Notes: generated from the letters alone by a model not told the origin. A DNA stretch of 64,000 nucleotides from Nitrososphaeria archaeon (GCA_027078545.1 JALWXN010000004.1:160001-224000), one strand, 5' to 3'. Positions 10,124 to 20,684 are shown, numbered from the stretch's first letter. Numbers and translations are program-made.

Positions 10124-10639
10124 GTGGCCGGAGTGAAGGCGAGGAACTTCAGGGAGATCAAGGGGATGCCATACACCAGGCTGGAATATATCCATGGAGC
10201 TCCACAGTCTAGGATCACCAGGTTCAACATGGGTACATGGAAGGAGGACTATGACGTGGTGCTGGAGCTGAAGGCCAAGGAGCAGGCATATGTCAGGGAC
10301 GTGGCCCTAGAGGCCCTCAGGGTAAACGTGAACCGTCTACTCCAGAAGAAGCTAGGCACACAGAACTACTACTTCACAATAGTGGTGTATCCCCACCACG
10401 TCCTCAGGGAGAATAAGATGATGACCGGCGCCGGTGCAGACCGTCTACAGGAGGGTATGAGGAGAGCCTTTGGGAAGCCTGTCGGTAGGGCGGCGGCGGT
10501 ATGGAAGGATCAGGTCATAGCTAGGGTATATACATATAGTGGCAACGTGGAGTATGCCAAGCAGGTCTTGAAGGTTGGGGCTTCAAAGATACCTAAAGGG
10601 GCCTATATAGATGTCAAACCACTCAATAAGCAGGCTTGA
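10124..10639 (+). CDS. rpl10e: Ribosomal protein uL16 (L10e)
   Basis: YPHHVLRENKM..GAGADRLQEGMRRAFGKP. Confidence 0.98.
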   Translation: MAGVKARNFREIKGMPYTRLEYIHGAPQSRITRFNMGTWKEDYDVVLELKAKEQAYVRDVALEALRVNVNRLLQKKLGTQNYYFTIVVYPHHVLRENKMMTGAGADRLQEGMRRAFGKPVGRAAAVWKDQVIARVYTYSGNVEYAKQVLKVGASKIPKGAYIDVKPLNKQA

Positions 10640-11657
10640 GACAAGCCTATCCACTGTAGTATCAGAAATAATCAAGAGGAACAGGGGTAAGAGGATAGTT
10701 ATCGAGGGGTCTGAAACCTACATATACAGGCTGATAAGGGAGGGCCTAGAGGCTCCGCCGGATACCCATGTCGAGATAAATCTAGAGCCTAGGTTTGGGG
10801 CCTGCGACATAGATATCCAGCACTACCTCGAGACGAGGCCCGATATAGTTATCCACCTTGGGCATAACCCATTTCCAAATACCTATGGAGAGCTACGTAG
10901 ACTACCATTCAAAATATTCTTCATACCCGTTGTAGAGGAGCCTGACCCTAACCTTATAGAGAGGGTTGTCAGGGACGCTTGGGAGAACTATCTGGCAAAC
11001 ATATCCAACGAAAGGATCGGCCTAGTCTACTCCATCCAATACTATAGGGTGGCCAGGATAGCCATGGATATGCTTCTCGAGATGGGGATGGACCTATTCG
11101 TCCCTAGACAGCCAGGTATGCTCAGCGGCCAGATACTGGGGTGTACCACAAAGCCTTTGAGACAGGAAGGGGTAGATAGATTCATAGTAGTGTCTTCTGG
11201 CCTCTTCCACGCCCTAGGGGTCAGCCTCTATACCGGTCTCCCAACACTCCTACTGGATATGCATAACGGCGTGGTTAAGGACATGTACGACGCTACGAGA
11301 AGGGTCAGGGCCCTAATCTCGTGGAACGTCTACCAGGCCAGGGGCTATAGAAGGGTCGCGGTGGTAAGGATAGTTGATAGTCACCAGCCATTGATAGGTG
11401 GGTTGACAATAATCGAGAGGATCCTACGCAGTAGGGGGTGGGCCTACCGTGTATACACCGCCTCGAGGCTGGGCGAGGATATACTCGCCAGGATCCCGGA
11501 GGATGAGCTGGTCATCGTCGCTGGGTGCCCCAGGATATCTACTGACGACCTGACACGTTTTGGGAGACCGGTTCTAAACCTCGAGCAGTTATTAATCGCG
11601 ATGGACGAGAAAGATTTTAATGACGTGTATCCTCCACCTAGACGGTGGTCTACATGA
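10611..11657 (+). CDS. dph2: Diphthamide biosynthesis radical-SAM protein Dph2
   Basis: FGACD, GQILGC and GCPR cysteine motifs, HLGH, G.FH. Confidence 0.9.
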   Translation: MSNHSISRLETSLSTVVSEIIKRNRGKRIVIEGSETYIYRLIREGLEAPPDTHVEINLEPRFGACDIDIQHYLETRPDIVIHLGHNPFPNTYGELRRLPFKIFFIPVVEEPDPNLIERVVRDAWENYLANISNERIGLVYSIQYYRVARIAMDMLLEMGMDLFVPRQPGMLSGQILGCTTKPLRQEGVDRFIVVSSGLFHALGVSLYTGLPTLLLDMHNGVVKDMYDATRRVRALISWNVYQARGYRRVAVVRIVDSHQPLIGGLTIIERILRSRGWAYRVYTASRLGEDILARIPEDELVIVAGCPRISTDDLTRFGRPVLNLEQLLIAMDEKDFNDVYPPPRRWST

Positions 11658-12265
11658 AGAAGGATGGTGAAAAAGTCTCTCCCGGCGATCCATTAGCCCT
11701 TATAGAAGAGTTCATCGGAGGTAGGAACACCTATATAGACGACTCCGTTATCAGGAGCTCCGTAGCAGGGGTTGTGAAGGTAGACTGGAAGAACAGGGTA
11801 ATAGATGTTGAGCCTATAAAGCAGCCCCTAACCATAGATGTGGGGGACGAGATACTCGGCAAGATATTCCACATCTCAGGAGTCTTCGGATATGTAGAGA
11901 TAGAGCTCGTGAGGAAGGAGGGGAAGGGACCATGGATACTCCTAAGGGGTAAATACACAGGCGTCGTCTACCCACCCACAAGGGTCACCGACGTAGGATC
12001 AACCTACCACATAAGGGACGAGATCCTGGCGAGGGTTGAGAGCACGCTAAACAGGACCCTACACCTCTCAATAAGGGGTCCGAGATACGGCGTTGTAAGG
12101 GCTTTCTGTAAAACCTGTAGAACCGAGCTTGTAAGGGGCGATGAGCCTGGTAAGCTCGTGTGCCCAACCTGTAGATCTATAGAGACGAGAAAGGTTTCCA
12201 GGCTATATGGAAACACAACCATAATCAAGACCCTCCACAAAGAGAAAGTTTTAAATACGTGGTAA
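11654..12265 (+). CDS. csl4: Exosome subunit Csl4
   Basis: PGD.L..IEEF, S1 domain, C-terminal Zn ribbon and E.RKVS..YG. Confidence 0.93.
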   Translation: MKKDGEKVSPGDPLALIEEFIGGRNTYIDDSVIRSSVAGVVKVDWKNRVIDVEPIKQPLTIDVGDEILGKIFHISGVFGYVEIELVRKEGKGPWILLRGKYTGVVYPPTRVTDVGSTYHIRDEILARVESTLNRTLHLSIRGPRYGVVRAFCKTCRTELVRGDEPGKLVCPTCRSIETRKVSRLYGNTTIIKTLHKEKVLNTW

Positions 12266-12282
12266 CTGATGTGTGGTTTAGT

Positions 12283-12588
12283 ATGGAGATTCAGGTACTT
12301 AAGGTAGAGGGAGGGAGGCTACGCCTCAAGATAATAGGGGAGACATTCACATTTGGAAACCTCCTGCAGAAGGCCCTCCTAGAAGATGAGAGGATTCTAG
12401 GGGCCGGGTTCCACAGGCCCCATCCATTGAAGAAAGAAATCGTTTTCGACATATACTTCAAGGATGATGTGAAGCCTGAGGAGTATCGATCAATAATCAT
12501 CGAGAATGTTGAGCGTATGTATAACTATATCTCCGAGTTGAAGTCGGAGGTACTCAACGCCCTTGAGAAGGCTGGTGAGAATAAATGA
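12283..12588 (+). CDS. rpo11: RNA polymerase subunit Rpo11 (L)
   Basis: GET.TFGNLL...L, PHPL; synteny with csl4 and tfs. Confidence 0.92.
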   Translation: MEIQVLKVEGGRLRLKIIGETFTFGNLLQKALLEDERILGAGFHRPHPLKKEIVFDIYFKDDVKPEEYRSIIIENVERMYNYISELKSEVLNALEKAGENK

Positions 12589-12899
12589 AGTACTGCCCAA
12601 AGTGTAAGGAGATAATGTCTCTTAAACAGATAGATAACCAGCTCTTCTACGTATGCGACTCCTGTGGATATAAGGAGCCCTACGACACCTCGAACCTATA
12701 TGTAGACGTCGTGAGGGAGGAGAGGGTTCTGGTTCTCCAGAAAGACACGACCGCCGAGCCCACGGTGAAGGTGGAGTGTCCAAAGTGTGGGAATGACGAG
12801 GCCTATACATGGATAGTCCAGACAAGATCGGGAGACGAGGGTGGCACAGTCTTCTACAGGTGCACCAGGTGTAAGTATACCTGGAGAGTGTATACATAG
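12585..12899 (+). CDS. tfs: Transcript cleavage factor TFS
   Basis: Two Zn ribbons, QTRSGDE acidic hairpin. Confidence 0.95.
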   Translation: MKYCPKCKEIMSLKQIDNQLFYVCDSCGYKEPYDTSNLYVDVVREERVLVLQKDTTAEPTVKVECPKCGNDEAYTWIVQTRSGDEGGTVFYRCTRCKYTWRVYT

Positions 12900-12965
12900 G
12901 CCGGGTCGGAACCGTTATTATAAGCCGTCTATAACAATATATCACTATCACACAGGTGGTACCAA

Positions 12966-13730
12966 ATGTTTAGAGGCGTCCTAGACAAGGACAAGCTTAA
13001 GAGATGGATAAAGATCGTGACGACTATAGACGCCCTAGTCGAGGAGGCCTGCTTCAGGATATCCCCCGAGCAATTCATGTTCAGAGAGGTGGACAGCACC
13101 AGGGTCTCCATGATAAACTTCGTGGCCGAGAAGGACTACTTCGACCTCTATGAGTTCAACGCTGATAGCGACATAACCATATGTGTCCAGAGCGACAGGC
13201 TCCTCAAATTCTCCAAGCTACTCTCAAAGGCGGACGAGCTGATCATAGAGGTGGAGGATGGAAAGTTCATACTTGCTAGTACCAAGCCCTATGAGAAGAG
13301 GTTTATACTCCCAGCAGCCCTGGAAGAGAGGGAGGCCCTGAGAATACCCCAGGTAGACTTCAAAGCCAGGGCTAGGATAGTGGTCCCCACCTTGAAGGAC
13401 ATATTCAACGATGCGAGGGCATTGAGCGAGACGATAACGATACATGCTGAGGGCAGCGAGATAAGCTTCATAAGCAAGAGTGAGGAGGGGTTCCAGGCAG
13501 AGCATAAGCTTAAATATCCTGACAACGTGGAGATCCTCGACATAGTGGTGGATGAACCCTCCACATCCATATACTCCCTCGAGTATCTATACAGGGTGGT
13601 TAAGGAGCTGGCAAGCATCTCAGGCGTAGTCACCCTAAGCTTCTCCACGGACTACCCCCTCAGCCTAAACTTCGAGATGCTGGAGTATGAGACCTACCAG
13701 TTCATCCATGCACCTAGGAGCGAGGAGTGA
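12966..13730 (+). CDS. pcn: DNA sliding clamp PCNA
   Basis: D..RVSM, YSLEYL, DYPL.L.F, C-terminal APR.E. Confidence 0.93.
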   Translation: MFRGVLDKDKLKRWIKIVTTIDALVEEACFRISPEQFMFREVDSTRVSMINFVAEKDYFDLYEFNADSDITICVQSDRLLKFSKLLSKADELIIEVEDGKFILASTKPYEKRFILPAALEEREALRIPQVDFKARARIVVPTLKDIFNDARALSETITIHAEGSEISFISKSEEGFQAEHKLKYPDNVEILDIVVDEPSTSIYSLEYLYRVVKELASISGVVTLSFSTDYPLSLNFEMLEYETYQFIHAPRSEE

Positions 13731-13766
13731 TAATACCTCCCCACATCCACACATTTATATTTAGGA

Positions 13767-14777
13767 ATGGTGCGTGACCCGATAGAGGAAGAGTTTCTCT
13801 GGATGGCTAGATACCCCTTCCACCCCCTTACGAGGGAGCGGGTATTCGGCCAGCTCCAGGGGTCCATCGAAGACCTGGAGGAGTTCTACAGCGATGCAGT
13901 GTCTAGGCTAGGTAGGGCTCTGGCCGGTGAGAAACCAGTATTAGACGAGAACCCCCACCGCTCACTCGTAGTATTCTATACTACGGTACTGCTGGTGAAG
14001 TATCTAGATAACTGGCTGGTGGAGAGACGGTTCGTGGAATACGAGGCTGAACGGGCCTACAACTATCTGAGGATGGCTGATAAAGACGAGATCCTCAAGG
14101 TTTTCAGGGGTATGGGTATCGATCTCAAGATGATTGATAATAGGTATGGGGTATACTTCAGGGACTATATACAGGCGACTAGGGATCTCCCCCCAGGCTG
14201 GAAGATGATCTACTTCCCCATGGAGAGGGGATATGTATACCTCAACAAAAAGTCACTAGCCAGGATAGGTAAGGAGGTGTTTAAAGACGAGATTATCAAG
14301 ACGATAGAATTGGTCGAGTCTGTCCCATCCTCCATAGGGGAGGCGGCCAAGGCCTTGGCGGAGGCCTATTCAGACATACTGGAGAGGCTGAGGCCCGAGA
14401 CCACGTCTATCCAGACGAGGGATGTGGAGAGGTTCCCGCCATGTATGAAGTATCTATACGCCAATATTGGAAAGGGCCTCCCACACCCTGGCCGCTTCAC
14501 CATAGTGACCTTCCTACACAAGATGGGGTTCACGGTAGATGAGATAATATCGCTATTCGCTAGGACACCCGACTTCAATGAGAGGGTGACTAGGTACCAA
14601 GTCGAGCATATACTGGGGATGAGGGGTGGAAAGATAAAATACGATGTACCCAGCTGTAGAAAAATAAAGAGCTTCGGATTCTGCTTCCCAGACGAGATAT
14701 GTGTCAAGCATAGGATACGCCACCCACTAACCTATGTGAAGAAGGTGGCTAGGATTGGCGAGCCAGGTGGATCATAG
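13767..14777 (+). CDS. priL: DNA primase large subunit
   Basis: A.YPF, FPPCM, L.H..RF, PDF....T.YQ..HI, PSC..C..C, HPL.Y. Confidence 0.94.
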   Translation: MVRDPIEEEFLWMARYPFHPLTRERVFGQLQGSIEDLEEFYSDAVSRLGRALAGEKPVLDENPHRSLVVFYTTVLLVKYLDNWLVERRFVEYEAERAYNYLRMADKDEILKVFRGMGIDLKMIDNRYGVYFRDYIQATRDLPPGWKMIYFPMERGYVYLNKKSLARIGKEVFKDEIIKTIELVESVPSSIGEAAKALAEAYSDILERLRPETTSIQTRDVERFPPCMKYLYANIGKGLPHPGRFTIVTFLHKMGFTVDEIISLFARTPDFNERVTRYQVEHILGMRGGKIKYDVPSCRKIKSFGFCFPDEICVKHRIRHPLTYVKKVARIGEPGGS

Positions 14778-15909
14778 ATATATTGAGAGGCTCTTCAGAG
14801 CATACTACAGCGAGGAAGTCGCGGAGAAGATATTCCACAGCGCGCCGGAGCCTGAGAAGAGGGAGTGGGCATTCCTAAGACTCGATGGGCCGATGGTGAG
14901 GCATGTCAAGCTAACCAGTATAGATGATCTATATAGCCAGCTAGACCCCCCGCCAAAGGGGATATACTACTCACTATCCACATATGAATACCCCGACTAT
15001 CCAATGCCTGACAAGCAGAGGATAAAGACCGATGTGGCGTTCGACCTCGACGCGGATCACATTAGGGGGGCCGTCCTACAGGAGGTCTCTAGATGCAAAT
15101 CCTGTGGATGGATAGGAGAGGGAGACGTGTGTCGAAAATGTGGGGGAGAGGTTAAGAAGATCCAGTTGGTCGATGATAGGACTATCGAGAGCATCTCTGG
15201 AGAGGTCTCCAGGCTCCTAAACAGGCTGGCCGACTATCTAGACGTGGATATAGATAGGCTCCGAATATTCTTCAGTGGGCTTAGGGGTTATCACATACAT
15301 CTCGAGGAGGAGCCCTACAGGTCGCTAGACTCGGTCGAGCGTATAGAGCTCAAGGACTTCCTCACCCTCGACGGGGTCGAGATACACCTTGCCAAGGAAC
15401 CCGACTCAGCTATAATCAGGATCCTGGAGGAGTGTAGAGACATGCTAAGCGAGGTGGAGGACGTATCGGTTAGACAGGTCCTAGAGAGCCTAGTCAATAA
15501 TACGGGTGATCCTAGGCTCTACGCCAGTATAAGGAAGAGGCTGAAGGAGGACAGGGTTCTAAGGGAGCGGGTCTCCAGAACAGTTAGGGAGCTCTGCGGA
15601 GTAAACATAGACCCGGTAGTAGTGACCGATATGAGCAGGCTGATCAGGGCTCCATACTCACTACATGGAAAGTCATCCCTCATCAAGACCCCCCTAGATA
15701 TCGAGGCTTTAGAGGCTCAGGACCCCCCTGTAATAGCCTTGGCATCGCCATCTAACAACATGGTTAAGGTCCATGTACACTATGTGCCACGCCTAATCTG
15801 GGGAGGTAGGGAGATACCCAGTATCCATGACGAAGACGTGATACTCCCGGAGCCCCTAGCCATATACCTGGTGAATATGGGTCTAGCCCAGGGTCTTAGA
15901 CATGTCTAG
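14755..15909 (+). CDS. priS: DNA primase small subunit with Zn-ribbon insert
   Basis: REW, FDLDAD, FSG.RGYH, D.VV..D..RLIR.P.SLHGK; CxxC...CxxC insert. Confidence 0.94.
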   Translation: MASQVDHRYIERLFRAYYSEEVAEKIFHSAPEPEKREWAFLRLDGPMVRHVKLTSIDDLYSQLDPPPKGIYYSLSTYEYPDYPMPDKQRIKTDVAFDLDADHIRGAVLQEVSRCKSCGWIGEGDVCRKCGGEVKKIQLVDDRTIESISGEVSRLLNRLADYLDVDIDRLRIFFSGLRGYHIHLEEEPYRSLDSVERIELKDFLTLDGVEIHLAKEPDSAIIRILEECRDMLSEVEDVSVRQVLESLVNNTGDPRLYASIRKRLKEDRVLRERVSRTVRELCGVNIDPVVVTDMSRLIRAPYSLHGKSSLIKTPLDIEALEAQDPPVIALASPSNNMVKVHVHYVPRLIWGGREIPSIHDEDVILPEPLAIYLVNMGLAQGLRHV

Positions 15910-15996
15910 CCCCGGCCTGAGGATCAGTACATAAACTATTTATTAACCCCCTCAATTATTTGATGGTTGGTAATCCCTCATCCTACTGATCTATAG

Positions 15997-16644
15997 GTGT
16001 ACAAGGAGATGAAGATGAACTATACCACGGGTACGACCACCCTAGCCCTTAAATACAGGGACGGGGTGGTACTAGCAGCGGATACCAGGGTGACCGCGGG
16101 ATACCTGATAGCCCATAAGAAGGGTAGGAAGATCCATATGATCAAGCCCTACCTCGCCGTGACCATAGCCGGGGTAGTAGCGGATGCCCAGGTTCTAATC
16201 GAGCAGCTTAGGAACCACCTGAACCTCTATGAGAATATGTATGGAAGACCCCTATCACTAAGGGCCGCGGCCAACTATCTAAGTCTACTCATGTATTCAC
16301 ACCGCCTCCTCCCCTTCATAACGGAGATGATACTTGCGGGTAAGGATCGGGATGGCTACAAGATATTCAAGCTGGACCCCCTAGGGAGCGTGATAAGCGA
16401 TGACTACATGGTATCCGGATCAGGCTCCATGTTCGCCCTAGGTGTGTTGGAGAACGAGTATAGGCCCGATCTCACGGAGAAGGAGGCCGTGAAGGTTGCC
16501 CTGAAGGCCTTGGCAGCCGCCATGAAGCGTGACATAGCTAGTGGAGACGACTTCATGATAGCCATTATAGATAATAAGGGGTTTAGGGAGGTGTCCACCC
16601 CTGATAAGGCGAAGCTCCTGAGTGAGCTGGAGCTTAGGACATAG
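15997..16644 (+). CDS. psmB: Proteasome beta subunit
   Basis: GTTT autocleavage site, AAD.R, GSGS. Confidence 0.96.
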   Translation: MYKEMKMNYTTGTTTLALKYRDGVVLAADTRVTAGYLIAHKKGRKIHMIKPYLAVTIAGVVADAQVLIEQLRNHLNLYENMYGRPLSLRAAANYLSLLMYSHRLLPFITEMILAGKDRDGYKIFKLDPLGSVISDDYMVSGSGSMFALGVLENEYRPDLTEKEAVKVALKALAAAMKRDIASGDDFMIAIIDNKGFREVSTPDKAKLLSELELRT

Positions 16645-16684
16645 ATAGGTGATAGTGGCTCGGAATGGCCCATCCACCTAGGAG

Positions 16685-18661
16685 GTGGTTATATTGAGTG
16701 TGACTAAGGATAACAAGAAACTATCAGTCCAGGAGTTGACTCTCCAGATATACCTCCGCCTACAGCAGGAGGGGGTCACGCCGACGAAGATAGAGTATGA
16801 GGGACCCGCACTAGCGATATTCACGAAGAATCCAGAGGTGTTGATAGAGGATCCGGCCAAGATAAGTAGGATTGCGACTGACTATAAGCGGCGCTTAGTC
16901 TTTAGATCCTCCCCCAACTACCGTATGGATGCTAGCCAGGCCAGGGAGAAGATCCTCGAGATACTTGCCAACGAGGGTATAAACCGGGAGCAGGTAAAGA
17001 TCTTCTTCGACTCTCTCAGGGGAGAGGTACATATATTCTTATCAGGCGTGAACGGCCTAGACTTTAGGCGTCTCAGCTACGTAATAGCGAAGGAGACGAA
17101 GTGGATACCCAAGTTTAGAAGCTACTACTCCGACGTCCCAGACGTCCTTAGGGACATATACTCGTCATACAGGAAGAATGGGACCAAGGGTAGGAGGATA
17201 CTCTCGAGGATAGGTGAGAGGATCTTCAGGGAGCCCGTCAGGATGAGTAGGGATATCAGGATAATGGGTCTGGGTGGTGTGCAGGAGGTTGGGAGGTCCG
17301 CCATTGTACTCGAGACGTCGGAGAGCAAAGTGTTGATAGACTTCGGTGTAAAGGTGAATGCAGATGGACTACTGGACTACGTGCCTAGGATCGACGCTAT
17401 AGACTATCTCATAAACGACCTCGACGCCATCATCCTGACCCATGCCCACCTAGACCACTCGGGGATGATACCACTCCTCTATAAATATGGGTATCGGGGC
17501 CCGGTCTACATGACGGAGCCCACACTACCACTATCCGTACTCCTGATCAAGGACTTCATGGAGATCTCGAGGAAGAACGGGTTCCCCTCACTCTACAACA
17601 TGAATGATGTGAAGGAGATGATTAGACACTCGATCCTACTGAGGTATAAACAGGTCACCGATGTATCGCCAGACATCAAGCTCACCTTCTACAATGCGGG
17701 GCATATCCTAGGCTCGGCCATGCCCCATATACACATTAGGGAGGGGGTCTACAACATCCTCTTCACAGGGGACTTCAAGTTTGGTAGGACTAGGCTCCTG
17801 GAGACGGCCCATTCAGACTTCGCCCGTGTAGAGACCCTGGTGATGGAGAGTACATATGGAGCGGATACTGATAAGCTGCCTAGCAGGCCAGAGGTTGAGA
17901 GGCGCTTCGTAGAGTTCGTCAACAAGATATATGCCCAGAAGGGTAAGATCCTCATCCCCACACCAGGCGTTGGGAGATCCCAGGAGATGCTCGCCGTGAT
18001 CCACCACTACATGAAACGGGTAGATCCGGACAGTAAGCTTAGGATACCTAGTGACATGAAGATCTATATAGATGGGATGATCGACGAGGCCAACAAGCTC
18101 CACCACATCTACTCCGAGTATCTACGGAGCGATATCCACGCAGCCCTCCGCTCAGACGACAATCCATTCAACAATGAGAATATAATCCCCATAACCAACT
18201 CATCCAGGAGGGCCGAGGCAATAGAGGATGAGGATCCAGCCATAATACTATCCACCTCAGGCATGATGCAGGGCGGGCCCGTGATCGAGTACTTCATAAA
18301 CCTGGCCGGGTCGGAGAGGAACGCGATAGTCTTCGTGTCCTACCAGGCGCCGAATACCCTGGGACGTAAGATAGTGGATGGCGCCAAGAAGGTGGATATC
18401 CTCTATGAAGGCAGGATAAAGACGGTTGATATCTCTATGCAGGTCGTGAAGTTCGACGGCTTCACAGGGCATAGTGATAGGAACCAGCTGGTAGGCTTCG
18501 TCAGCAGGCTGAAGAGCAAACTGGGTAAGACGTTTAGAAACGTGTATCTAGTCCATGGAGAGCCGAGTAAGATAGACTCACTATCAAGATTCCTAACAAG
18601 GAGGGTTGGCATATACTCCGAGGGGATGAAGCTTCTATCGACGGTCCTGCTGAAGGAGTAG
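16685..18661 (+). CDS. fttA: beta-CASP ribonuclease aCPSF1 / termination factor FttA
   Basis: N-terminal KH region (EYEGP), GG..EVGRS, THAHLDH, AGHILGS, GF.GHSD, VHGE. Confidence 0.96.
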   Translation: MVILSVTKDNKKLSVQELTLQIYLRLQQEGVTPTKIEYEGPALAIFTKNPEVLIEDPAKISRIATDYKRRLVFRSSPNYRMDASQAREKILEILANEGINREQVKIFFDSLRGEVHIFLSGVNGLDFRRLSYVIAKETKWIPKFRSYYSDVPDVLRDIYSSYRKNGTKGRRILSRIGERIFREPVRMSRDIRIMGLGGVQEVGRSAIVLETSESKVLIDFGVKVNADGLLDYVPRIDAIDYLINDLDAIILTHAHLDHSGMIPLLYKYGYRGPVYMTEPTLPLSVLLIKDFMEISRKNGFPSLYNMNDVKEMIRHSILLRYKQVTDVSPDIKLTFYNAGHILGSAMPHIHIREGVYNILFTGDFKFGRTRLLETAHSDFARVETLVMESTYGADTDKLPSRPEVERRFVEFVNKIYAQKGKILIPTPGVGRSQEMLAVIHHYMKRVDPDSKLRIPSDMKIYIDGMIDEANKLHHIYSEYLRSDIHAALRSDDNPFNNENIIPITNSSRRAEAIEDEDPAIILSTSGMMQGGPVIEYFINLAGSERNAIVFVSYQAPNTLGRKIVDGAKKVDILYEGRIKTVDISMQVVKFDGFTGHSDRNQLVGFVSRLKSKLGKTFRNVYLVHGEPSKIDSLSRFLTRRVGIYSEGMKLLSTVLLKE

Positions 18662-18665
18662 CGGC

Positions 18666-19328
18666 ATGGCTATGGAGCGTCTAGTGGATCATCTAGTCGC
18701 CATAGGGGCTCTGAAGACGGAGAAGTATATCGAGGTCTTTAGACGGCTGGATAGGAAGCTATTCATGTGGCCCGGATATGAGGACGAGGCATATCTAGAC
18801 TCGCCCTCACTCCTCGGGGAGACTGGCCAGACCATATCGGCTCCACATATGCATGCATACTACCTCGAGTATAGCGGCGTGTCTGAGGACGACGTAGTCA
18901 TGGAGGTGGGTGTAGGGAGCGGCTACCTATCAGCCCTGATAGGCCTATTGATAAAGATGTATGGGGGACGGGGCCACGTATATGGCCTGGAGTATGACCC
19001 CCGTCTATACAGCTTCGCAAGGACAAACATATCTAGGGTGGGCCTCGAGGACCAGGTAACCGTTATACTGGCCAATGGCTACTGGGGCTGGCCACCTAGG
19101 GAGGAGAGGGAGCTCTACGACGTCATACTGGTATCAGCAGCAGTTGATACCCCGCCTCAATACCTACTGGCCCAGCTCAGGGAGGGTGGGCGGATGGTAA
19201 TACCGGTCGGCCCAGCCCTATACCAGGAGCTCAGGCTATACATGAAGAGGGGTGGAGCCATAGAGTATAAACCCCTCTTCCCCGTATCCTTCGTGAAGAT
19301 GAAGGGCTATGAAGGAGGTAGTCTTTAG
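18666..19328 (+). CDS. pcm: Protein-L-isoaspartate O-methyltransferase
   Basis: QTISAPHM, EVG.GSGY, QL..GGRMVIPVG. Confidence 0.93.
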   Translation: MAMERLVDHLVAIGALKTEKYIEVFRRLDRKLFMWPGYEDEAYLDSPSLLGETGQTISAPHMHAYYLEYSGVSEDDVVMEVGVGSGYLSALIGLLIKMYGGRGHVYGLEYDPRLYSFARTNISRVGLEDQVTVILANGYWGWPPREERELYDVILVSAAVDTPPQYLLAQLREGGRMVIPVGPALYQELRLYMKRGGAIEYKPLFPVSFVKMKGYEGGSL

Positions 19329-19728
19329 GGCAAGGGGGCATCCAAACATATCGGCAACACATAGATCCACATTCGAGATAACCAGGGAAGACTTCCTAAC
19401 CCCCAGGGGAGACTGTATAATAGGAGTCGAGGCAGAGCTGGCCTGCAGAGACCTACCAACCACGTTCAAAGAGGCTCTACGAAGTGGAGAAGCCTCACTA
19501 GTGATAGAGCTGGAGGTGGAGGGTGTAAAGGAGGTAGTCAATGCGAGGGGCTCACCCAGGCTGAGCCTAGCATCACCCACATCAATGGTCATCAGAAGGT
19601 CGGACTACATAGACGACAGGACACTAGCTATCAAGGCGGACAAGGCCGCCAGAGACCTCAGCAGAGAACTGGTAAACAGGCTAAAGAATCGAGACGCAAC
19701 CCTCACCATAAGGCTCAGGATCATTTAA
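19309..19728 (+). CDS. DUF371 family protein
   Basis: ARGHPNI.A.H..TFEIT...LTPRGDCIIGV. Confidence 0.92.
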   Translation: MKEVVFRARGHPNISATHRSTFEITREDFLTPRGDCIIGVEAELACRDLPTTFKEALRSGEASLVIELEVEGVKEVVNARGSPRLSLASPTSMVIRRSDYIDDRTLAIKADKAARDLSRELVNRLKNRDATLTIRLRII

Positions 19729-19792
19729 GACCACTCAATAGATAATCATCTTTAAGTGGGGAATACCCATCAAATATAATATCTATAGAAGT

Positions 19793-19890
19793 GGGCCCGT
19801 GGCCTAGCCTGGTCAGAGCCCCTGCCGGGCGGCTAGGGCGCCCGGCTGATAACCGGGAGGTCGCCGGTTCAAATCCGGCCGGGCCCACCA
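19793..19890 (+). tRNA. tRNA-Ile(GAT) with 20-nt non-canonical intron at about 22/23 (19817-19836)
   Basis: Acceptor GGGCCCG/CGGGCCC, anticodon arm CCCGG-CTGATAA-CCGGG, T-loop TTCAAAT, encoded CCA; extra 20 nt in D arm with relaxed BHB. Confidence 0.93.
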
Positions 19891-20090
19891 ATTAATTCCT
19901 TTTTGGTCGCGCTCCTTTTCTTCCCATTCCTTCCCGAGAAGTTAATCAATATTCGGAAAAATGTAAAGAAAAAGAGGACGTGATGGGTTACAAGTATTGC
20001 ATAAGTCATGCCTCCCGGGGGGCGCTGAGTTAAGTAAAAATAGACTGCAATCAGTTTATAACGATTGTGACTTAACTTACATTTTTAAGC

Positions 20091-20684
20091 TTGAAAGGGA
20101 GAATGAGATTTGTAAGTGAAATGAGTCTCGGAAGAGAGACGCAACTTATGACCTATAAAGATAAGGGTAAAACCATTAGGCCTATAAGCGTAACAATGAT
20201 TAATGACAGTTTTATAGTTGCAGTCTATAAGGGTAAGAAAAGCGCAGCAGATATAGTAGTAAGATATAGACAAAGATTAAAAAACGGTGGTTGGTCTAGG
20301 ATTCGAACTCCAAAACATATACACTGGACTGTGGACATTTTATTGAAGATGCTAAAATGTGACAAACTTACTAAAAAATTTCTAGACGAGCTAATAAAAA
20401 TCTGGGAGAAAGATGTTCATCCACTATCAGAAGAAGATGTAAAGAAATTAGACCTTAATCAATTGGTAATCAGTAAGAAAGATATATTGGAAAGGTTTAA
20501 AGAACTAAATAGATATGGAGAATATAGTGTTGATTTCCTCTTATTAATAGCAGAACTTCTCATGTTACAAGAAAAAACAAACTATCCAAGTGGAAAACTA
20601 TTCCTCATATTGCTAAAAAAACTAAAGGAAGGTGAAGATCTGTTCAGTATTGTTCAAACAGCTTCACTTCGAAGACTTCAGTGA
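20091..20684 (+). CDS. Hypothetical protein in AT-rich island (start may be 20121 or 20148)
   Basis: Uninterrupted ~190-codon ORF in AT-rich DNA; motif RTPKHIHWxxD; no family confidently recognised. Confidence 0.7.
   Translation: MKGRMRFVSEMSLGRETQLMTYKDKGKTIRPISVTMINDSFIVAVYKGKKSAADIVVRYRQRLKNGGWSRIRTPKHIHWTVDILLKMLKCDKLTKKFLDELIKIWEKDVHPLSEEDVKKLDLNQLVISKKDILERFKELNRYGEYSVDFLLLIAELLMLQEKTNYPSGKLFLILLKKLKEGEDLFSIVQTASLRRLQ

Noticed and set aside
19980-20028. C/D-box-like element GTGATGG...CTGA after tRNA-Ile
   Set aside because: Imperfect C box, no clear C'/D'; the best complement seen (CCCGGGAGG in 16S) does not give a Watson-Crick pair at the +5 position.
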